Shown here: positions 11,015-20,000 of the stretch, piece by piece | Position numbering within the stretch: the stretch's first letter is position 1 | How the letters are laid out: every line of letters starts with the position of its first letter | DNA from: Ancylonema sp. | Taxonomy: Eukaryota | Assembly: GCA_050230475.1 (NCBI GenBank) | Contig: JBFLGF010000204.1 | Span: forward strand, 56,013 to 76,012 | Direction: 5' to 3' | DNA: 20,000 nt | Notes under the pieces: generated by a model | What the model was told of the DNA's origin: nothing | The model's input: the letters and a program-made list of their open reading frames with translations, nothing else | Database searches by the model: none | Translations under genes and position numbers: made by a program

Positions 11015-11301
11015 AATGGGGGTGCATATTAAGTTATAGGGGTTTCGGCTGCCATGCTATGTTTGGCAGGGGTTGTATGTTTTGCTGTTTTCTTGTTGCA
11101 GAATGCACCTGTGGAGGGCTCTCAACGCTCGTCTATCCACCTACTAAGTCACCTCACTCTTTTTCTGCCCTGAAAACACTTAAGGACACCTGAAAAGTTT
11201 CAGATCTGCTTGCATCTAAGAGTTGTCGTTTGTTTTTAAATTCTGGCATATGTGTTGCCATTCATATTATGTATGTTGTGTGAAAAGTTTAGTTGTTTTG
11301 G

Positions 11302-11370
11302 TGAAGTTTTGAGAAAGTTATGAAGTTTTGAGAAAGTGGTGAAGTTATGAGAAAGTTGTGAAGTTTTGAG
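11302..11370. repeat. 19-bp tandem repeat (tgaagttttgagaaagtta-like, about 3.6 copies) in the 3' region of A
   Basis: Units start at 11302, 11321, 11340 and 11359. Confidence 0.9.
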
Positions 11371-11699
11371 TATTTCAAGTTATTCGGAGAAAACTGCAGA
11401 AAGTTGACTTGTTGGTCAGTTTTTGTATTGACCTAACTTGTGGTATTTGTTTGTATGTTCAGGGCTCCGGCCCGAAAAACGACTAAGGATCTGGAGCTAT
11501 CGATTTCTGGAGTTCCGATGGCTTCCGATCGGTTGTGATTTTAGATAGGGCCCTCTAGCACATTTGTATGCACATTTGTATGCTGTATGCTAGGGAAGAC
11601 CTTACTATCCCATGGGCTATGCAATGGTTTCGCCATGACTTAGCTGTAGATAGGGTAGTCCCTTGGTGCTGACTTAATGCCACACTAGGCATGGCATCC

Positions 11700-11708
11700 G
11701 AGGGGGTG
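11700..11708 (+). promoter_or_regulatory. Polypurine tract of element A
   Basis: GAGGGGGTG immediately before the LTR start TGTAGGAAT. Confidence 0.85.
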
Positions 11709-12157
11709 TGTAGGAATTATATCGGATAGCCATGCTTGCCAGTGTGCTAGTCCGGACTACCAGTTAGGCATAACCGGTAGGATTCCTAGGGTGTGCTTAT
11801 ATTGAGGGGCCGAATATGACGTTTCGATTGTGCCGTTTGTAGCACGTGCGGTCTAGATGGTTCCGAATCTAAGATGGTTCCGAGTCTTGTCAGACTGTCC
11901 GTGCCGTTGTCAGGATCTGACTGTTGTTGTGTGTTGATAGGCCGACGGTCCGCAGATACGACCGTCGGCACGCTTTGTAGACTTTTATGATTCTTGTTTT
12001 GGACGAGGCATCGTGGTATACCTACACGATGCCGACCATTCAATAATAATTCTTCCAACACAAATACTTGTCATGATCATCTTTGAGAGACGTAGTTCCT
12101 TGTACGGAAAGATTCACATCTTGCACACCTATCACGTAACATCGCTAAAATATTATA
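11709..12157 (+). repeat. 3' LTR of element A (449 bp, TG...TA)
   Basis: Follows the PPT. Colinear patchy similarity to the B LTR (ggatagccat, gtgctagtcc, taaccgg, two hairpins) and similar length. Ends ...ATATTATA like B. The partner LTR is outside the window, so the 3' boundary is inferred from homology. Confidence 0.85.
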
Positions 12158-12340
12158 GCCAATTTTACACCTTTCACATGCAATAATATATTTAATGCAA
12201 GATTTGGGCATTCATACGGGCAAGAGCTTAATGTAAAGCTCCGAGAAGTGGTTCAAAACGGACGCGTGCATTCGTTTTCTTTTTCATTTCTGAAAGTGAA
12301 CAACCAGTTCCTTCCTTACATGCGTGAGACTTTGAAAGTA

Positions 12341-12896
12341 CAGCAAAACCTGTCTAAATTAATATTGTCTTAATTGATAAACGAATTCGGTCCCGACTTT
12401 GGGCGAGTGTAATTATTCACAAACCTCTCAAACGTGATAACTAATAAATTTTCCCAGTCCCGCCTATATGCTTATTCACGTGCTAATTAATCATGTACGG
12501 AATCCGTACGTATCCGTACAAAATATTTATACGAATTAGGGATTGAAAATGTTGGTTAGGTTGATGAAAAATTAGAAACCGCAAAAAAAAATCGGATTTT
12601 CTTTTTAAAAACCGAATTCTGAATAAAACGGGTTATTTTGTAGAGTAATTTTGGGTAACAAATATGGAGGGTTGGCTCAAGGTTAGAACTACGTTTATAT
12701 CATTCTGATTATGATTATGACTACGTGAAAATACACGTTTGGGTTGATTCCGACCTGAATTTAACCCCGTTGCCCCTCGTATTCACATATAAACTAGTTT
12801 CAGGTCATTTGGAACCGATCCTGTCTTAGGTATTAACCTGTCTTAATTAATAATATTTTCCGGTCCCGACATTCTTAATTAAGACAGGTTTTACTG
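12341..12896. mobile_element. pogo-like (Tc1/mariner superfamily) MITE, Emigrant/Lemi1-like, 556 bp
   Basis: TA|CAGCAAAACCTGTCTAAATTAA ... TTAATTAAGACAGGTTTTACTG|TA: 22-bp TIR with 2 mismatches and TA duplication. Subterminal direct repeat cggtcccgac (12388, 12861) and an internal TIR copy at about 12835-12852. No transposase ORF. Confidence 0.92.
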
Positions 12897-13978
12897 TATA
12901 CGACATGGGCTACGACTGCGTCTTCTCGACCAACGAAACGACATCAAAATCTTGAGCATCAATCACGGGGCACGGCCTTCGGATAAGTGTCCAACTCACA
13001 CGCACATGTCGTCAACGCTACACCAACATGCATTACTTGCTACGAGGAAAATGCATTTCACGGTTAGGGCTTGTGTAACCACTACTCGAGCTACGTGACC
13101 GGCACGTTGTAAATACTAAGATAACCACTGCAGTACACGAGTTCTATCGCTATGACAACAAGCGTCCGAGATGCAGTTAATAACGGCAACGACGTCGTCG
13201 CACGTTCGGACTACCACGTATCTTAAATATAATAGAAAGAGGCTCAAGGTGAATACAGTAGAGGAAGATATGAGTGGAAGACGAGTAAATTGATATAAAT
13301 TTGTGATTACCATTTATGATTACCATTCACCGTGCATTTACCCATAAGCACCGTTATATTCCTTCACGACATTACGGGCATAAAATCTGATTGCCCGTAG
13401 CTACATTGTGATATCAAAGAAACGTACGAATAAGGTACATTACCGAGAATACCAACGACATGACAATTTATAACTAAAGACTGTATATGGACAAATATAT
13501 CCGTAACTGCAAATGTGATTTTTCGTATGAAATTTTTATTCGAGTGCATGAATAATAAATTATGAACTTTCATTTAAATTGTGACATTATAGCAAAAAAG
13601 CGTGTGTACAACTTTAGGCACATGTCTCATAGCTAATTTTACGAGCGGAGCCTAGGTTCCATTTCCTCATATCTCTTGGCGTTCGCGTGGACTAGAGGAA
13701 GAATTACACATGTTTTGAGATGCAATCTAAAATTGAAATAGAAACGGTAATTTTGTTTTGTTATTACGGGGCTAATGTATAGAATACGGTGATTTGACAA
13801 ATTGCGATTGGAAAATAAGCGATTAGGTTCCAATCCGAATTGAATACGGATCATAACCTCAATTATATGAAGAAAAAATCAACAAATACCAGACTAAACG
13901 GTGTGGTCCCTCCCTCTTTCAAGACATTTACTATATGAACTAACTAAATCGCACCAAAAATGCATACAACTTTGACAT

Positions 13979-14256
13979 CATATTTGGGCCCGATCCATCC
14001 CGATCCCGGATCTGGATCGGTGCGGGGTTGAAAATATTTCGATTTGATCGGGCCGAACCAAAAACCCAATAACACGTTTTGTGGGGTTTTGCGTCCCAAA
14101 GGGTGTATACAACATTTCGTTTTTTCACTACCGATCGATTTTCACCTACAAATGTTCGGGCCACCTCAAAACGTTCAGCGCCTCCGATCAGGATCGTGTA
14201 TGGATCCGGATCCGCGCCGGATTGGACACTTAGTGATCGGATCGAGCCCAACTATG
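13979..14256. mobile_element. hAT-type MITE, 278 bp
   Basis: 8-bp TSD tttgacat (13971-13978 and 14257-14264). 18-bp TIR CATATTTGGGCCCGATCC / reverse complement CATAGTTGGGCTCGATCC. Subterminal GATC-rich motifs at both ends. Confidence 0.9.
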
Positions 14257-14419
14257 TTTGACATCAAACGTGTGTTCAATGTATTCAATATAATAATTTG
14301 TTTTTGCCCGTGGTGGCTTCCATTCTATCAAAGATGTATGATCCAGTTCCTATTCGGAACACACCCGATTCGGGTCCGATTGGGATTGGTGATCGAGAGG
14401 ATGTGGACCCAACTACCTC

Positions 14420-14895
14420 TGTGGCAAGATACGACGACTCGGGTTAAAAGAACAACAATAAATAACCGTGGTGATGTTACTACTTGAGTCTGCCATCGAT
14501 GCAAAGGCTTGAAAATAATCAATCACTCGTGAATAATGTATTTCACAATATTACAACATCGACTCAACAAAAGGGACACTCGAGATAGAAAAGCTTTGAT
14601 TGAACTTCTTGAAAGCAATCTTTGCTCTTTCGCTAGACAGCGCAAGCCGTTGCCGGCGCCGCGCAAGTCGATAGGACGAAACCTCAATCCAATCGACAAA
14701 CATCGACATTCGTCGACACGTGGCTAAAAATTACAAATAACAAAACGTGTCATATCAAAATAACAAGGCTAATTCGGTATAAAAAATTGACACTTGCCCA
14801 AACATAGAAACATATCTATAAGATAATCAGCTGAATCGACGCTTCGAAAAAATCGATATAACGAGATGTAATATTTTTTAGTCCCAAACTTTATA
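14420..14895 (-). repeat. Putative degenerate 3' LTR of element C (left boundary uncertain)
   Basis: Lies directly downstream of the PPT-like AGGGAGGGGG (14896-14905, minus strand). Starts TA rather than TG. A candidate ...TTGCCACA end lies at 14420. No second copy in the window to confirm. Confidence 0.3.
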
Positions 14896-14984
14896 CCCCC
14901 TCCCTGGAAACTTCGTTTCCCCTCCCAAAAATATCGATTTTTCATTCATGTCCGAAAACAAGTCAAACATCTCAAATTTACAAG

Positions 14985-17900
14985 TTACCCCTCAAGCACC
15001 AAGCCCGTTAGGGAACAATTGTCCCTCTGAGTTACCACTGTCACAGGTTTTGTTACCATGTCGGCAACCGCTCTTTACTTGGCACAAACTGCAAACATGT
15101 CTTTTTGTTTGCCACCCGACCTCGAATAGAATGGTACCTGATTTCGATATGTTTGAATCGACGGTGGAACACCGGATTCTCCGCCGGCTTCATAGAAGAT
15201 TATTTGTCTCCCAGCATCAACACACCCTCCTTCCCACTAATGCTCAACTCTTGCGGCATCTGGTTTAGATACATTGCCTCGTTCCCTGCACTGCTGAGAG
15301 CCACATACCGTACTGGGCACCGTAAATTATTTCTGTTTTTGCAAAACGAATTAATTTGTTAATGATTTGTGAGAAAGATTCCGGTGATCCGGTAGTTATT
15401 ATTGATGATTTATGGCAATTTTTTCTGGTAACCTACATACAAAATTTAAAACAAATCCAAAAGTGGTATTAATATCAATGATTTTTGGTTAATGATTCCG
15501 ACCTCATAGGTATTAATATAAATGATTGATTTCGGGTTTCAATAATTAATTAAAAATCATTTACGGTGCCCAGTACGGTATCTCACTTTTACAATTGTTT
15601 GTGTCACTGTTTCCAACAAGCTGATCTTCCAACTGATTGCCGCCCCACCACTGATGAATACATACACCCCCTTGCCCTTTCTAATTGGTGCATCCCTTGC
15701 ATGACTGGCATCTGAGTAACCCCACATAGCAAGTTGACTACCCTGGCGGTACATCAGGATGAACCCCACTGTCCCCTTTAAATAACGCAACACCCTTTTC
15801 ACCCCCTCTCAATGATCAGCCCCTATATTCCCACTCAACCGGCACAACGTATTGACGGCATCATCCACATCAGGTCGTATGCCGGATGTCATATACAGTA
15901 AAGTGCCCATTCTAGACATGTACAGCACATTGCAAAGACTCCCTTCACCCATAACAATAATTGGACCTTTAGACTCGGTGAATGAACTCCATAGCTCGAA
16001 AGGTATGGCAACAACCCTGCACTCTTCCATGTGAAACTTGGCAAAAACTTATAAAGCATACTTTTCTTGGCATAGACTCACATCTCCATTTTCCTACCTA
16101 CGAATTTCTAGTCCCAACATAAATTTTGCCTCCCCTAGGTCTTTCGTTATGAATTTCCCACCTATCTGACCCTTCACCCTAAATCTGATTGTCAAACGAA
16201 GACAAAAAGCAAGTACAAATCGTCGACGTATAGTGTCAGATAAATTTATGTTCCCGTAATCGGACACTAGTCGTCGCGAACCAATGCCTCTCATAACTTA
16301 TTCAATGTGTTGGTTTCATTGGCGAGGACTTTCCGTTAAGCCGTACAACCATCGAAGCAAAGGCCACACCATGTCCTCCATCCGAGGCGCACATGTCCCC
16401 TTTCGACTGCTCCATGTATATTTCCTCCTCTAGGGGTGCATAGAGAAAAGCGTTCATCTGTGACATCCATCGGATGCACGCGCAAGCCTCTGGACGCTGC
16501 CATAGATACAAGTTACCGAATAATTCGAAACGGACTGCTGGGGATAATATTTGATCATAATCTACTCCGTCGACGTGACTCAATCCTTTTGCAACAACCC
16601 TAGCCTTGCATCATTCGACTTTTGCTTCTAAACTATTTTTCACTCGGAACACCCACTTAGACTTGACCACCTGTTTCCTGACTAGCCGTTTCAAAATTTT
16701 GGACACATTATGATCTATCAGACTTGCAAGTATTGACTTCCCTGCATCTTCATTCTGGCGTTTTTCAGGACTTTCCATTGACTCTTCCCCTCCTCTACTA
16801 GGGCTGTTGTATACATCTCAATGTACCTAAGTGGGGGAACGACACGATCCTCACGTGCAAATCGACGTGGCTCATTAACGGTGTTACGGGTAGCCCACCC
16901 CCATTCACTCTAACCCCCCCCCCACTATAAGGTTTCCCCTCCCTCCCCGCCTCAGCCTCATCCCCTCCGTACCCATCCTCCAAAGGATCTTCGTCTCCAC
17001 TTTCATCACTCACCGTGCTTGGGGTATCATCCTCAGGTACAGGTGGGGGACCAAAGAGAAGTGGTAATGGATCCCCAACCGCATCTAAAACCTCGCCACC
17101 TCCTAGGACTCCACCACCCCCTCCCACTTCGAAAGCCCCCACTCCCATATATCAATCCCCAGCCCTTGGTACGGCCCCCAGACATGTCAACTCTATTTCG
17201 ACACACTCTTGCACTTATGCAGTCTTCCCTTTCTTCCCAACTCCGTGACCTCTCCACCAACCAGCCCCCACACTCTCATCAAAGTCAGCGTATCCATCTC
17301 CCACAATATGCTTTTTATTCGTAGACGGGTCTCACATCCGATAGCATGGAATTTTGTTTGAATATCCGACCAGCACACCTACCCAAGCGAGCGGCCCCAT
17401 TTTCCCACTCCTATCCCTTTTCTCCATGCGCACAAACATCTTGCAACTAAAATCTTTGAGATGACCGATGTTTGGAGTGTTTCCACTCCACAGCTCTTCT
17501 GGGGTCTTAAATCGGCCACTAACTTGACATCGATTTTGAATATACGACGCCATGGTAATGGCCTCTGCCCACAGACCCGGAGGAATCTTTATTCCCAACA
17601 ACATCGATTGAGCTCTCTCCTGCAAGGTTCTGTTCATGCGTTATGTGATAGCGTTTCCTTGAGGTGTATAGGGAGGAGTCAGCTCATGCTTGATTCCCCT
17701 ATTTGCAAGCCACTCTTAAAGTTCGCCATCCAACGAAATTTTGTCTCAACGAAAATTTTCACTAACTGCCCGCTTTGCTTCTCCCATATTGCAACCCATT
17801 ACTTTAAACGCTGACCAGCCTCCGATTTCTGTCGCAGGATTTATACCCAAGATTTCCTCTCCATTCGTCGATTATTACAATGCCATAGTTGCCTCCCCCT

Positions 17901-18242
17901 ATCGATGCTGGTTGAAATGCCCCCGCCAAGTCAAATAATATCCTTCCCAAAAGCACCTTTTCCCCAGCTCTAGGCTCTCGACGAGGTTGTAGATTGTCGT
18001 GTGCCTTACCGAGCTTGCAGCCGGCACATCCCTTCATTTCCCCCAAAATTCCACCTTCAATTCCCCTCACCAGCTTCCCGATTCCCATTTTTCTTAAGAC
18101 CATCTCATTGGTATGCCCGAGGCGAACGTTGGAGACGGTTGATACCGACAGACGCCAATCCCCCAAAGGATGTCAATATGATTAGAGTAATTGATTTTAG
18201 GATATTCGCCGAGTCGGCTACATCCCTTGTGAGTACAAAAGT
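14985..18242 (-). pseudogene. Element C pol remnant: GAG-pre-integrase, integrase, RT, RNase H
   Basis: RLGHTNE...CAGCKLGK, DLAG, MNRTLQERAQSML...LWAEA, NAFLYAPLEEEIYMEQ, LYVDD (YVDD at 16219-16230), KDLGEAKFMLGLEI, RPDVDDAVNTL, GYSDAS...ISWK, DMVTKP. Heavily frameshifted. Confidence 0.92.
15308..15578. mobile_element. TA-flanked MITE (Tc1/mariner-type), 271 bp, inserted in the RNase H of element C
   Basis: TA|CCGTACTGGGCACCGTAAAT ... ATTTACGGTGCCCAGTACGG|TA: 20-bp perfect TIR (25 bp with 1 mismatch) and AT-rich interior. Removing it plus one TA restores KVR-Y-VALSSAGNEA, equivalent to the EAEYVAL motif region. Confidence 0.93.
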
Positions 18243-18531
18243 TGTTAGAATCTCTTAGCGTACCGGATAAAGTTGCGGCGCCGCTATCCTCGTCATTTTG
18301 TAGTCTTTCCTAGTCATATTTTATTTATGCCCCATGCCCATCCCTGATCTATTATTGTCGATATGTCTAAATGGTGACTACACATTTCCCACTATTGTAC
18401 AATGTCCCAAATCATGATGATGATCCCTTTTTTTCGATACCTATTCATTTGTTATTCCCCGATATATATGAACCCCTAATAACTAACATGCAATTTATTA
18501 CCCTGATGCATTTACAATAATTATTCCAACA
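18243..18531 (-). repeat. 3' LTR of element D (289 bp, TG...CA)
   Basis: Terminal inverted repeats TGTTAGAAT...ATTCCAACA, preceded on the minus strand by the PPT AAGGGGGTG (18532-18540). C pol coding stops exactly at this boundary. Confidence 0.8.
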
Positions 18532-20000
18532 CACCCCCTTATTAAAAATGCAACGCACCCCCTAATCAAGAGTAATGACTGTATTCTCTTCTCAAACTCC
18601 CCCCCACCCCCTTTTTTGTACAAAGTTCACTACTTCCGTATCATATCCCTACACTATTTATGCTCTCCCTCACAAAAACTTCTACTTCACACACGCATCT
18701 TATTGCGTACTTTCCAAAAAACATTTTCCCGGGTCCACTCACGATCGTGTCGATTCTAAAACATGTCTCCTTTTGCTTCTCTCCTATCTCATTCACATTC
18801 ACACATTTATAGTTATCGATATACATGCCAAACTCTTCATCACTCTGATCGTTGTACTTCTTGATACTGTCGGGATGCCAACCATTTTCCACTGTTCTAT
18901 CCCCTTTCGCCACCCAAGGTAGGACGTATGTTAATCGCATTCTTGCCCCCTGATGCCTTGTATGCCATGCCTCTAGATATTATCAGCCTTGCTCCAGCCG
19001 GCTCCACTTGCAGTCGTCGTTCTTCATCTGCTGCCTTGCTCCTTCCTCAGGTGCGGGTAATCCCCAATTATTTTCGGCTTCGTTGCAGCTCATCCCACTT
19101 CCACTCAAGATCCTTCACTCGCTCTCCCGGCTCCCTCTCCTCCTCCTCGCTTTCATCGATCAACTCAGGTACTCTCTCCCTCGACTTCCTACTCCACTTT
19201 CACTTTCTGCACCGATTGTGATTCCTGGTCTTCTCTATTGACTTGCACTTGGTCCACCTAAAAAATGCGGAATCCATTTCCAACTCGCTCATCCACGTCC
19301 TTGTTATGCTCAGGTTGTTTTAGCATCACCGATCCATCTCTCCATGCGGTTCGCTGCACCGAGTATTGAGGTGCCGACCTCTCACTGCTGATATCACTAC
19401 AGTCTTCAAGAAACATACTTTCCATTCCGTCACGTACTTCCCCAGTGACTATATGAGACGGAATATCTTTGTATGCTTGGAGGGGCTCGAGGTATCCCGC
19501 CGCATATGCCATTTCCGCCACCTGCCATCTTTATGTGCCCCATCCCAACACACACTTTTTCTCGCCTACTTTCTTTTTGCACAAGTCGGTGTGGACGTAG
19601 AGATGATCCTTGTCTCCGAACTCCTTCCCTTGGCATAATCTCACGTCTAGATACGCTCGAAAATGCTTGTCGAGTGTCCTTGTTGAGGGTCCTTGTCGAG
19701 GTCTACTTCAAGGTACTTTCCCATACCTCAGATGGTACATTGGAAATACCCATCTTGCCATTAGTTTTGCGTCGACATCAGCTTCACACTTCCACCCGGA
19801 ATGTACAACACCCCGCATATATGCGTAATTATATTACCAAATTGTCCATCGAGTTCCATCATCACTAACCCAACGTGTGCCACCTTCATTGTCCCTGTGA
19901 TGAGTCTCAAATGGATTTCCTTCTTTGGCGTCGATGGCTCGTTGATTTGTTACAGATCCACTCACAATTGTGAGCGCTAGAGGGGGAGGACGCAACTCAG
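18243..20000 (-). mobile_element. Highly degenerate copia-like element D (3' end), inserted in element C; continues beyond the window
   Basis: LTR and PPT, plus weak RT/RNase H-like remnants on the minus strand: EMAYAAGYL (compare RPDIAYAVG.L), LEDCSD...RS, and MYIDN...KRRHV...RHDREW (compare DN...RTKHID.RYH..RE). Confidence 0.65.

Larger units (their letters stand above)
1..12157 (+). mobile_element. Ty1/copia LTR retrotransposon A (5' end outside window; interrupted by element B at 3301-9897)
   Basis: Domain order is gag-PR-INT-RT-RH (copia order). The RT reading ...WEIEQ (to 3289) resumes as VVTAFLHGRL at 9898. PPT at 11700-11708 and 3' LTR at 11709-12157, homologous to the B LTRs. Confidence 0.95.
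14896..18242 (-). mobile_element. Ty1/copia element C, INT-RT-RH portion (family distinct from A/B); 5' part displaced by insertion of D
   Basis: Copia domain order on the minus strand, with a PPT-like tract at 14896-14905 about 80 bp after the pol stop. Confidence 0.88.

Noticed and set aside
11302..11370. Tandem repeats as a CRISPR array
   Set aside because: Head-to-tail units without unique spacers, no cas genes, and a eukaryotic TE context.
13834..14359. Weak inverted similarity tccgaat-N7-ggatcata (about 13834-13855) versus tatgatcc-N7-attcgga (about 14338-14359) as TIRs of an older element
   Set aside because: Short, interrupted match with no TSD found, so it cannot be supported.
14044..14487. 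147-aa ORF (and overlapping 13940-14251) as a host gene
   Set aside because: It runs across the hAT MITE boundary and TSD and has no recognisable motifs.

Overview
Eukaryotic, transposon-saturated window with no recognisable host gene. It holds four degenerate Ty1/copia LTR retrotransposons in two nested pairs, plus three MITEs. Element A (+ strand, <1-12157) is interrupted inside its RT by a complete related element B (- strand, 3301-9897, with both LTRs, PBS and PPT). Element C (- strand, about 14896-18242) carries a TA-flanked MITE in its RNase H and is interrupted by the 3' end of element D (LTR 18243-18531, running past 20000). The AT-rich spacer holds an Emigrant/Lemi1-like pogo MITE (12341-12896) and a hAT-type MITE (13979-14256). 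The A/B family is the most unusual part: TG...TA LTR ends, a half-tRNAiMet PBS matching the plant-type tRNA, three Gag zinc knuckles, an HVDD RT motif, LTR hairpins with a compensatory change, and a ~700 bp post-pol region with a near-invariant splice-acceptor-like block. All pol frames are broken, by decay and/or sequencing indels. I see no evidence of a new non-TE system. All alignments and counts were done by eye.
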